From a virus (Duplodnaviria > Caudoviricetes): 64,000 nucleotides of DNA. Shown piece after piece: positions 28,659-37,727 of this stretch. A model generated the notes under the pieces. The model was not told the origin of the DNA and made no database searches. It saw only the letters and a list, made by a program, of their open reading frames with translations. The stretch covers positions 1-64,000 of the IMG/VR virus record IMGVR_UViG_3300037067_011000. One strand, 5' to 3'. Position 1 is the stretch's first letter. Each line of letters opens with the position of its first letter. The position numbers and the translations under genes were made by a program.

Positions 28659-29014
28659 AATGTGCAACGGAATCCTGTGAAAATGAAGCAAGGCTTCATA
28701 GGAAGTTGTGTCACAAATGTGAAAAGAAAAAATACAGAGAAAAGTACCCTTTGAAATATTGGTACGACACATTAAAAATGAATGCAAAACGCAGAGGAAA
28801 AGATTTTAGTTTGACAATAGAACAATATGGAACTTTTTGTATGAAGACAGGATACGATGAAAAGAAAGGAAGAACAGCAGACAGTTTGTCAGTTGACAGG
28901 ATTAAGCCTTGGCTTGGGTATTCAGTTGACAATATCAGGGCAATCACTTTGTCAGAAAATGTAAAAAGAGAACGAAATCCTGAATATGAGGTAAAAGAAA
29001 CTTGTCCGTTTTAA
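28655..29014 (+). CDS. HNH-like endonuclease
   Basis: NAKRRGKDFSLT...LSVDRIKPWLGYSVDNIRAITLSEN. Confidence 0.6.
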   Translation: MKCATESCENEARLHRKLCHKCEKKKYREKYPLKYWYDTLKMNAKRRGKDFSLTIEQYGTFCMKTGYDEKKGRTADSLSVDRIKPWLGYSVDNIRAITLSENVKRERNPEYEVKETCPF

Positions 29015-29032
29015 ACTTAAATAAATACAATT

Positions 29033-29518
29033 ATGGCAGAATTAAATTATGAGAAGGATCTTAAAATAGATGAAGACAGTCTTGATTTGGAAATGTTCAA
29101 TCAGGCATCCTTGTTTATGAAATATGCAAAACATTATGCAGAAACAAGAAGGACATTGGATGAAGAAAAACAACGTCTTGATATTGTCAGAGCAGACATT
29201 GACAAGCAAATTCGGGAACACCCTGAAAAGTTCAAAATTGAAAAAGTTACAGAGGGTGCAATACAATCTGCAATTTTAACAGAAGGGACATACAATATTG
29301 CTTATAAAAAGTATCTTGATGCAAAATATGAATCAGATATGGCAAGTAATGCAGTACAGGCAATGAACACAAGAAAGGAGATGTTGGAAGGTTTACAAAA
29401 ACTTCTTGCACAATCATATTTTGCAGGACCATCTGTTCCTCATGATCTTTCAAAACTGAAAGCAGAAAGAGAAAAGAAAACAGAAGTAGGAGTAGGAACA
29501 AGACTAAGGAGAGGGTAA
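29033..29518 (+). CDS. Coiled-coil protein, possible UvsY-like recombination mediator
   Basis: DLKIDEDSLDLE...helical; located just before the SSB and RecA genes. Confidence 0.45.
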   Translation: MAELNYEKDLKIDEDSLDLEMFNQASLFMKYAKHYAETRRTLDEEKQRLDIVRADIDKQIREHPEKFKIEKVTEGAIQSAILTEGTYNIAYKKYLDAKYESDMASNAVQAMNTRKEMLEGLQKLLAQSYFAGPSVPHDLSKLKAEREKKTEVGVGTRLRRG

Positions 29519-29907
29519 TATGTGGCAAGTGATAGTAGGTATTCTTTTAGGATTACTTGGCATTTTCATATTGCTGATTGCAATTTACATTGTTTCTGGT
29601 ATTCAGGCAAAAGCGTGGATTGATGTTTTAGATAAATATATTGGTGATAAACTTAATAAAAAGTAGAAAATTATGAAAAAGAAAGATTGTACAAAGTAAA
29701 AGTAGGTGGGACTAAATTAGTTTTTTATGTCCTTGCAAATACTTGCAGTGAAGCAGAAACTAAAACTATTTCTCTTTTAAATGAGAATAGAAAAACAAGC
29801 ACAGAACCTTATTTAACTTTTGAAGGTGAAGTTGTAATACATAGTGTGAAACTTTTTTCACGAGAAACATACAACATTCAATAATTAACATTAATAAATT
29901 TGAAAAA

Positions 29908-30960
29908 ATGAAAGAAAAAACAAACAGTTTTCGTGGTAAAGTAAGAACAGATGGTGAACGAAGTTCAAAAAATGATTCTTCATATCTGAATCTTCCAAGT
30001 GGAATAAAGCAATACAACATTGAATCAGAGGCAAGGAAAGTAAAACTTGATATTCTTCCTTATACAATTTCTGATCCTTATCATCCTTGCAAGGATGTTG
30101 TAAACAAGATTGCCCTTCAGGGGGATTTGTGGTATCGTAGACCAATCAAAGTTCACAGGAACGTTGGTCAGGGAAACCTGAAAGTCATTTGTCCTACAAG
30201 TATCGGAAAGAAGTGTCCTATCTGTGAATATCAGAAGAAGCGTTTCAACGAAGGTGCACCGAAAGAGGAAACTGTACCAATGTATCCTCAACAGAGAAGT
30301 TTGTATATTGTCATTCCTGATGGGGAAGATGATATTTATGTTTGGGATATGAGCAATAAAATGTTTCAGGATATGTTGATTGAGGAACTCAAGGATAATC
30401 CTGATAATGAGATTTTCCCTGACTTGGAAGAAGGGAAGACTTTGGAAATGCGCTTAAAGTGGAAAACCATTGGGGAAAAAGGCAAACCGTTCCCAGAGGT
30501 AACAAATATCAGTTTTCTCGATAGAGAACCTTACAAGGTAAGTATTTTGGATGAAGTACCTGATTTGGATACAATTCTTAATGTAAAGAGTTATGATGAG
30601 ATAAAGAACTTGTTCTTTGAACTTGATGAGGAACCTGATGGGGGAAGTCTGAAATCAGAAGAGGATGAACCAAAACCTGAACGTAAAAGTCGGAAGGTAG
30701 AGAAAGAAGCAGAACCAGAAGAAAAGACAGAAAGACGTTCAAGAAAGTCTGAACCTGAACCTGAGAAGGAAAAGGAACCTGAGAAAGAGGAAAGACGTAC
30801 AAGAAGAAGTGAACCTGATAAAGAAGATGACAAAAGTTCAGGAAAAAAATGTCCTAAAAATCTGATATTTGGAAAAGATTTTGAAAAAATAGATGATTGT
30901 GACAAGTGCGATCTTTGGGACCCTTGTTATGATGAGCATAAGAAACTCAAAAAAGGTTAA
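29908..30960 (+). CDS. Single-stranded DNA-binding protein (gp32-like)
   Basis: VHRNVG...ICPTSIGKKCPICEY, YVWDMS, long charged tail ending in a Cys cluster. Confidence 0.72.
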   Translation: MKEKTNSFRGKVRTDGERSSKNDSSYLNLPSGIKQYNIESEARKVKLDILPYTISDPYHPCKDVVNKIALQGDLWYRRPIKVHRNVGQGNLKVICPTSIGKKCPICEYQKKRFNEGAPKEETVPMYPQQRSLYIVIPDGEDDIYVWDMSNKMFQDMLIEELKDNPDNEIFPDLEEGKTLEMRLKWKTIGEKGKPFPEVTNISFLDREPYKVSILDEVPDLDTILNVKSYDEIKNLFFELDEEPDGGSLKSEEDEPKPERKSRKVEKEAEPEEKTERRSRKSEPEPEKEKEPEKEERRTRRSEPDKEDDKSSGKKCPKNLIFGKDFEKIDDCDKCDLWDPCYDEHKKLKKG

Positions 30961-30962
30961 TT

Positions 30963-31316
30963 ATGGTACTTTTAAAAAGAGACAACCATACAAAAGGTTA
31001 CAAGCTCATAGGGGTTTCAGTGCCTCTATGGGTGCATAACTATATTTCTTTATATTGCCTTGCTAAGAATAAAACCAAGTCAGAAATAATGAAAGGATGG
31101 GTGGGGGCTTGGCATGATCAGGTAAAGTCCAAGGAACCAGAAGAAAAACTTGTTCAGGAAATTATAGATATGTCAAATACTGAATGGGCAGGTATAAAGA
31201 AAAAAACCCCTGAAAAAACATTTGTTGAATTTAAAGAAGAATTAGAAAAAGAACTTGTGTGTCGGGGAGTAAGCATTTATCAAATACGTATTATACTTAA
31301 AGCAATAAAACAATGA
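30963..31316 (+). CDS. Possible ribbon-helix-helix DNA-binding protein
   Basis: KLIGVSVPLWVHNYISLYCLAKNKTKSEIMK strand-helix-helix pattern. Confidence 0.35.
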   Translation: MVLLKRDNHTKGYKLIGVSVPLWVHNYISLYCLAKNKTKSEIMKGWVGAWHDQVKSKEPEEKLVQEIIDMSNTEWAGIKKKTPEKTFVEFKEELEKELVCRGVSIYQIRIILKAIKQ

Positions 31317-31458
31317 AAAAATATATTATAACATTTGTATTCAAAGGGAAAAAAGATTCAAAAATTGTTGAAGCAGATATTTTTATAAATGCTTATCAAA
31401 CTTTTATTGAATCTTATGAATGGCATGAAATTCTCTGTATAAAAAAACATGAAGTCTA

Positions 31459-32505
31459 ATGGAAAGAAAGAAAGAAGAATCTTTAAGTTCACAGATGAAA
31501 AAGAAAGTTGAGAAACCTGTGGAAAAGGAGGAGGTGTTTACTGGTAATTTTAAAACTGTTATAAGTACGGGCAGTACATTAGGAGATTTGGCAATATCTG
31601 GAAAAAGAATAAGAGGGGGAGGATTACCAGGGGGTATTTTTGTGGAAGCATTTGGACCAAGTCAATCAGGAAAAACAGCTTTTTTAAGTTCAATTGCAGG
31701 CAAAATAGAAGAAAAAAAGGGTGAAAACCAATTTAATGATCCAGAAGCACGTTTAGATGAAGAATTTACACGTATTTTTGGTATGCACATCCCTAAAAAA
31801 AATTATCATCAACCAGATACAGTTACACAATTGTTTGAAAATATAAGAAATTGGGATGTTACTGATCTAAATGTTGTAAATGGTATTTTTGGAGATTCCT
31901 TAACAGCCCTTTCAACACAAATGGAAATGGAAAATGATGATGGGGATAAAATGGGGGGGAGAAGGGCAAAAGAATTTTCTGAAGGATTACGTAAAACTTG
32001 CAGAATACTCAAACAAAATAATTATTTGTTTGTTGCTTCAAATCAAATTAGAATGAATATGGATGCAAATAAATATAGTCCAAAATTCAGAACATCTGGT
32101 GGGGAAGCTATTAAATTTTATGCAAGTGTACGATTAAAATTTAACAATCCTAAAAAAATAACAGAAACACATTCTTTTAATAAGAAAGATATAGAAAAAG
32201 TTATAGGGATTGAAACTGAAATAGAAGTTATTAAGACTGTGGATGATCCATTCAGAACATTTCCTTTAATTATTATTTATGGGTATGGAATTGATGACAT
32301 TCGAGCAAATTTGCAATATTTAAAAAAATACAGAGCTACCACTGTCTATTGTTTAGGAGAACATAAGTTATCTAATGATATGGATGAAGCTATTAGAATA
32401 GTTGAAGATAGTAATGCTGAAAATGACCTCAGAGAGGAAGTTATAAATCTCTGGGGTGAAATAGAGGAAAAGTTTGTACAAGAACGAAAACCGAAGATAC
32501 AATGA
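31459..32505 (+). CDS. recA: RecA/UvsX-like recombinase
   Basis: ISTGS, GGGLPGG, EAFGPSQSGKT, DPEARLD, GDSLTAL, ASNQIR, TSGGEAIKFYASVR. Confidence 0.9.
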   Translation: MERKKEESLSSQMKKKVEKPVEKEEVFTGNFKTVISTGSTLGDLAISGKRIRGGGLPGGIFVEAFGPSQSGKTAFLSSIAGKIEEKKGENQFNDPEARLDEEFTRIFGMHIPKKNYHQPDTVTQLFENIRNWDVTDLNVVNGIFGDSLTALSTQMEMENDDGDKMGGRRAKEFSEGLRKTCRILKQNNYLFVASNQIRMNMDANKYSPKFRTSGGEAIKFYASVRLKFNNPKKITETHSFNKKDIEKVIGIETEIEVIKTVDDPFRTFPLIIIYGYGIDDIRANLQYLKKYRATTVYCLGEHKLSNDMDEAIRIVEDSNAENDLREEVINLWGEIEEKFVQERKPKIQ

Positions 32506-32676
32506 AAGAAGGAGATATTGTAATGCTGTTTGGAAATCCAATAACCAACACACATCCAATAGGACAAGCAAAACTGGTTACTAAATTAAGTGATTATGGA
32601 AAATCATTGGAAAATTGGAAAGTAGAATATCTTGATGATGAGGGTCATTTTTATAATTGTTTAATAAAGAAAGAAG

Positions 32677-33171
32677 ATGGAGAGAGTAAGTAAAAGAATT
32701 TTCATTGGAATTGATAATGGTGTGAGTGGGGCTGTTACTATTCTTACTGAATCGGGGAATATTATAGCACACATAAAAACACCTGTTAAGAATTGTCTTA
32801 ATTACACTAAGAAAAAAGCATTTCATAATAGGGTGGACTTTGTACAACTCCATAAAGAGTTAAATTTTGGCAGTAATTACACCCCTTTTTGTATGATAGA
32901 GAGGTCGATGGTGAATCCTATGCGATGGGTTGCTTCTGTAAGTGCTATAAGGTGTTTAGAGGCAACTGAAATAGTTCTTGAAGAACTTCAAATTCCTTAT
33001 CAGTTCATTGATTCTAAAGAATGGCAGAAGGTATTGTTGCCATCAGGGTTAAAAGGAGATCAACTGAAAAAAGCAGCAGACGACGTTGCAAAGAGACTGT
33101 TTCCAAAACAAAAGATAGTAAATTCAGATTCATTATTAATAGCAGAATATTGTAGGAGAGTAAAGAGATGA
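32677..33171 (+). CDS. RuvC-like Holliday junction resolvase
   Basis: IFIGIDNGVSGA, MIER, SKEWQK, DSLLIAEY. Confidence 0.8.
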   Translation: MERVSKRIFIGIDNGVSGAVTILTESGNIIAHIKTPVKNCLNYTKKKAFHNRVDFVQLHKELNFGSNYTPFCMIERSMVNPMRWVASVSAIRCLEATEIVLEELQIPYQFIDSKEWQKVLLPSGLKGDQLKKAADDVAKRLFPKQKIVNSDSLLIAEYCRRVKR

Positions 33172-33316
33172 AAAATTTTTATATTAGTATATTAACCTAT
33201 GAAAGTGTAATTTTAATCCCTACTATTTTTTGGGATAATCAAAAATGGAATGAACACTACTTTAGTGTTTCTATTGGTTGGATTAAATGGAGTATTGATT
33301 TTAATATAAGAACAAA

Positions 33317-34366
33317 ATGATAGATTCCATTTCCTTATCTAATTTTCAGTCCCATAAAGACAGTACATTGAAATTTTCCGATGGTGTAAATGCCATTGTT
33401 GGGAGTTCTGATTCCGGTAAAACTGCAATTCTTCGGGCAATCCGAAAATTGGCATTTAACAAACCCTCTGGGGATGAAATGAAATCTCATTGGGGTGGAA
33501 AAATGCAAATTGAAATGTTAACTGATGATGCCCATGTTGTTTATAGTAAAGACAGAGAAGCAGAGTATATTTTAGGAGATACACATTTTAAAGCATTTGG
33601 TACAGAAGTTCCACAGGAAATCGGAGATGCTTTGAATTTGAATACAGATAATGTGCAAAGTCAGTTAGATGCACCTTATTTACTTTCTGAAACAGCAGGT
33701 GCAGTGGCAAGTCATTTCAATGCAATTGCTCATCTTGAAGTCATAGATCGGGCAACTTCTAATATCAATAGTGCAATCAGAGAACTTACCTCTGATATAA
33801 AGTATTCAGAAGGACAAGAAGTTTCGTTAAAAGGAAACTTGGAAAAATTCCAATATCTTGAACAGTTTGAATCAGAAGTCCAGGAATTAGAAGGGTTGAA
33901 AAAACAATATGATGCTTTAGTTGATTCACGTAGAAAACTACAAGTACTTGTTGATAAAATTGGATTTCTTAAAATAGACATTGATAAAGCAAGTAAGTTA
34001 CTACCACTTGAAAAACCAGTAAATGATATTCTTGTACTTATTGAACTTCGTGCAGAAAAGGATATTGAAGCAGTTAAATTGGATAAATTGATTGTTCAAA
34101 TAAAAGAAGTTCGGAGCAAGTTGACAAATCAAAATGCTGTTTTGTCAATTGAAAAACCTGTGGATGATTTGTTGAAGTTGTATAAGGAGAAAGAAACCCT
34201 CGTAAAACAGCGTGAGAATTTAAATAAGGCATTAACTAATTTAAGAAATACCCAAGATAACTTAAATAAGGCAAGGGTTAATTATGCTTCCCTGACATTG
34301 ATGTTTGAAAAAGAAATGGGTTCAGTGTGTATTTTGTGCGGTCAAAAGATAGAGAATCACAAATAA
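33317..34366 (+). CDS. SbcC/Rad50-like ATPase, N-terminal half
   Basis: ISLSNFQSH, Walker A IVGSSDSGKTAILRA, Q-loop VQSQLD, coiled coil ending at the zinc hook CILCGQ. Confidence 0.85.
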   Translation: MIDSISLSNFQSHKDSTLKFSDGVNAIVGSSDSGKTAILRAIRKLAFNKPSGDEMKSHWGGKMQIEMLTDDAHVVYSKDREAEYILGDTHFKAFGTEVPQEIGDALNLNTDNVQSQLDAPYLLSETAGAVASHFNAIAHLEVIDRATSNINSAIRELTSDIKYSEGQEVSLKGNLEKFQYLEQFESEVQELEGLKKQYDALVDSRRKLQVLVDKIGFLKIDIDKASKLLPLEKPVNDILVLIELRAEKDIEAVKLDKLIVQIKEVRSKLTNQNAVLSIEKPVDDLLKLYKEKETLVKQRENLNKALTNLRNTQDNLNKARVNYASLTLMFEKEMGSVCILCGQKIENHK

Positions 34367-34561
34367 ATTTTGTATAATAGGGTATGGAAAGAATAAAACC
34401 AAATGACAGAGAAATGATTATTATGGATGATCCATATAATGATGTACCTTTAACAAGTAAACAAAAAAAGAAATTTGAAAAATGGTTCACAAAAACAATG
34501 TCAAAAAGATTGGGTTCAAATAATGATCACATTGAATTTTTTCATTCAAGAATAAAAGATA

Positions 34562-35437
34562 ATGGAAAGAATAAAACCAAATAAAACTGTTACAGCAATC
34601 CTGACTTCTGATTGGCATTTGCGTGAAGATACTCCTACTTGCTTCATTGGGAATTTCCAAAAAGAACAATGGGATGCTGTGGATTTTATAAGTGAATTAC
34701 AAAAGAGACACAACTGCCCTGTTGTACATGCAGGAGATTTATTTCATACGTGGAAATCGAGTCCTTGGTTGTTAAGAGAAACAATGAAACATTTACCCAA
34801 AATGTTTGGGACGATTTATGGGCAACATGACCTACCCTCTCATAATTTACAATTAGCAGATAAGTGTGGAATCAATGTTTTAGAAGAAGCAGGGAAATTA
34901 ACAGTGTTAGAAGGGTGTCATTGGGGGCAAACACCAGAAACATATGAATCTACGGATTTTATAAAAAACAGACACACTCTCATTTGGCATCATTTAACTT
35001 ATCTTACTAAACCCTTCCCTGGAGCAGATGGTGGTATGGCAGAAGGAATTTTGAGAAAATATCCTATGTATGATATGATTTGTACAGGAGATTGTCATCA
35101 GAGTTTTACAGTAGAATACCAAGGCAGAAGGTTAGTAAATCCAGGTAATCTCACACGTCAGACAGCAGATCAGGCAGACTTTCAGCCACGAGTAGCACTC
35201 TGGTTTGCTTCTGACAATTCTATTGAATGGGTGAATTTACCAATACAGAAGGATGCTATTAGTAGAGAACACCTTGAAGTCAAGGAACAAAGGGATGCAA
35301 GAATAGATGCTTTCGTGAGTAGTTTAAATGGGGATTATAAAACTGAAATGTCTTTCGAGCAAAATCTTGAAAGTTTTTTTCAGGTTAATCCTGTACGTGA
35401 ATCAGTAAAAAACATAATTTATAAAAGTTTGGAGTAA
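34562..35437 (+). CDS. SbcD/Mre11-like metallophosphoesterase nuclease
   Basis: TSDWH, AGDLFH, YGQHD, GDCH, NPGNL. Confidence 0.88.
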   Translation: MERIKPNKTVTAILTSDWHLREDTPTCFIGNFQKEQWDAVDFISELQKRHNCPVVHAGDLFHTWKSSPWLLRETMKHLPKMFGTIYGQHDLPSHNLQLADKCGINVLEEAGKLTVLEGCHWGQTPETYESTDFIKNRHTLIWHHLTYLTKPFPGADGGMAEGILRKYPMYDMICTGDCHQSFTVEYQGRRLVNPGNLTRQTADQADFQPRVALWFASDNSIEWVNLPIQKDAISREHLEVKEQRDARIDAFVSSLNGDYKTEMSFEQNLESFFQVNPVRESVKNIIYKSLE

Positions 35438-36185
35438 AATGAAAGATGAGATTTTAAAATTATTAGAAGATGAATATGATCATTATGTCCAATCTACTAA
35501 TATCTATGCAGCATCAGAAACTATAACAAAAATGGTCAATGATTTTATTGAATGGTGTTGTACAACACACATCAAATTACATAAAGTTTGGTGTGGTTTA
35601 TATCAAGATCAAAGGAATGAAAAGAATCGGAAAACAACAGAAGAACTTTTTATATATTGGAATACTAATATAAGAACTAAATAATTTACGACAACTACAA
35701 GAAAACTTTTAGAGCAATATGTCTGTGCGTGGAATATCTATTTGAAAGATGTTGTACAGAAAATGGATTTACTAATCCTGTTGAGAAATGCACCACCTAC
35801 ATACAGGGGAACTTTTGCTTTGACTTTGATGAATGAAAAGCAGATAAGTAAAGATGAATGTAAGAAATTTGTTAAATTAGTAGGAAAATGAGTTTATTAC
35901 CTGTGGAATTACTTCAAAAAGAACTTGCTGTTTATAAAAAGGCATTGGAACTCTCAGATAAGAAATTTGCAGAAGGTAAAATAGATGCAAAACTTCATGA
36001 AACTCATGTGAGCAATTTGAAACCTAAAATTGCAACTTACACACAAGCATTAAGAATTTTAAGATTTTATATGGATTAATTATGGAAAATCACTGAACTT
36101 AAGAAAACCATGCCCTGTAAGTGAATCATTTAAATAAAAAGAAACCCATCACTTAAAAGTGAATTAATTAAAAAAATAAAAAATT

Positions 36186-36425
36186 ATGAGTATGAACGAA
36201 AAACAACTTTTAGATTTAAAGGAAGACGTAGGGGATGCAAAACAGAAAGTTGCAGAACTTACTGGACAACAAACTGCTCTTATGTCTCAACTGAAAACTG
36301 AATATAGTTGCAAAACTATTTCAGAAGCAGAGATAAAACTCAAAGAAATGAATGATTCTATTTCTGTAATTGATAAGAAGATTGAAAAAGGATGTTTAGA
36401 GTTACAAGAAAAATATGAAGTATGA
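36186..36425 (+). CDS. Small coiled-coil protein
   Basis: 79 aa, heptad-rich, shortly upstream of the Rad50 C-half. Confidence 0.55.
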   Translation: MSMNEKQLLDLKEDVGDAKQKVAELTGQQTALMSQLKTEYSCKTISEAEIKLKEMNDSISVIDKKIEKGCLELQEKYEV

Positions 36426-36675
36426 AAAATATACCAATTTTAGAATTTGCAAATGGTTTAACAATAAAAGGAAATAGAAATATTTATATTACAATAACAA
36501 AAGAAAAAAATGTAAGTATTAAAAATGATAAAGGATTAAATTTAATTCTTTCTATTTCTATGTGGGAATCTTTTTATTTTATTAAATTTTAAATTTATGA
36601 GTTACGAAAAATTTACTACAATTTGTACAATCATTGGTTGGTGTTTATTGGGTATTGGGTTGATATGGAAAATAT

Positions 36676-37287
36676 ATGATGGATATAAAAACATTAAGAA
36701 ATAAATTGGAGCGGTCCAAAGGTGCTAAAGCACAACTGGAAAAATCCTTATCTACTCTCCAAACAGAACTAAAGGAGAAAGGACGTTCTTTGAGACAACA
36801 TGAACAGGCAAAGGAGATTATCAGAGAAGTCGGGCAAAAAACCCAAAGCCAAATACAATTTCACATTGAAGATATTGTTTCAATGGCTTTAGATGCTGTG
36901 TTTGAATCCCCCTACAAATTTGCCGTAGAATTTTTACAGAGACGTAATAAAACAGAATGTGACTTGTATTTTGTAAGGGATGGGAACAGAGTAGATCCTT
37001 TGACTGCAAGTGGTGTGGGTGCTGTTGACATTGCTTCTTTTGCTTTGCGAATTGCAAGTTGGGGTATGAGTATACCTCATAGTAGGAATACAATAATTTT
37101 GGATGAGCCTTTCAGATTCCTTAGTGAAAATTATCAAGAACAAGCAGGGATTATGTTGAAGGAAATAAGTCAGAAGTTAGGAATACAATTTTTGATAATA
37201 AGTCATAACACCACATTAGCAAGTTGTGCAGATAAAACATTTGAAGTAAGCATCAGGAACGGTGTCAGCAAAATAAAAGAAGTATAA
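36676..37287 (+). CDS. SbcC/Rad50-like ATPase, C-terminal half
   Basis: Coiled coil, signature variant ASGVG, Walker B/D-loop IILDEPF, H-loop LIISH. Confidence 0.85.
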   Translation: MMDIKTLRNKLERSKGAKAQLEKSLSTLQTELKEKGRSLRQHEQAKEIIREVGQKTQSQIQFHIEDIVSMALDAVFESPYKFAVEFLQRRNKTECDLYFVRDGNRVDPLTASGVGAVDIASFALRIASWGMSIPHSRNTIILDEPFRFLSENYQEQAGIMLKEISQKLGIQFLIISHNTTLASCADKTFEVSIRNGVSKIKEV

Positions 37288-37302
37288 ACGAAAACAAGTA
37301 AA

Positions 37303-37704
37303 ATGAAGGTATTTATGATAATTCTATTCTTAGCCCTGTTTCAGACGATTTCCGGCCCTCCACTTCGGGAAGTGGTAATCTGTCAGCCGGAACAAATAAA
37401 CCCATACAGCAACATAATACGGGCCGTCACGACTATCGAAAGTGCAAACGGTAAGTATCTGTATAATGCAAAAGAAAATGCTGTCGGTTGGTTCGGGATA
37501 AGACCTGTAAGACTTCAAGACTATAATAGACGAACAGGACAGAATATAACTCATGCTCAGTGTTATGATTACGAGATAGGCAGAAGGATCTTTATTTATT
37601 ATGCAAGTAAGATAGATTATAGGGACATTAAAGGCATTTGCATCGCATGGAATGGAATGAGCAAGCATAACAAATATTATAACAAGATTAAGGCAGTATT
37701 GTAA
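37303..37704 (+). CDS. Lysozyme/lytic-transglycosylase-like protein with N-terminal hydrophobic signal
   Basis: IRAVTTIES (catalytic Glu), ENAVGWFGIRP, ICIAWNG. Confidence 0.62.
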   Translation: MKVFMIILFLALFQTISGPPLREVVICQPEQINPYSNIIRAVTTIESANGKYLYNAKENAVGWFGIRPVRLQDYNRRTGQNITHAQCYDYEIGRRIFIYYASKIDYRDIKGICIAWNGMSKHNKYYNKIKAVL

Positions 37705-37727
37705 TTTGATAATGAAATCATTTAATA

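Noticed and set aside
29673-29884. Possible frameshift joining ATG 29673 to ORF 29687
   Set aside because: It involves only a few codons in A runs; a TTG start or a homopolymer error explains it equally well.
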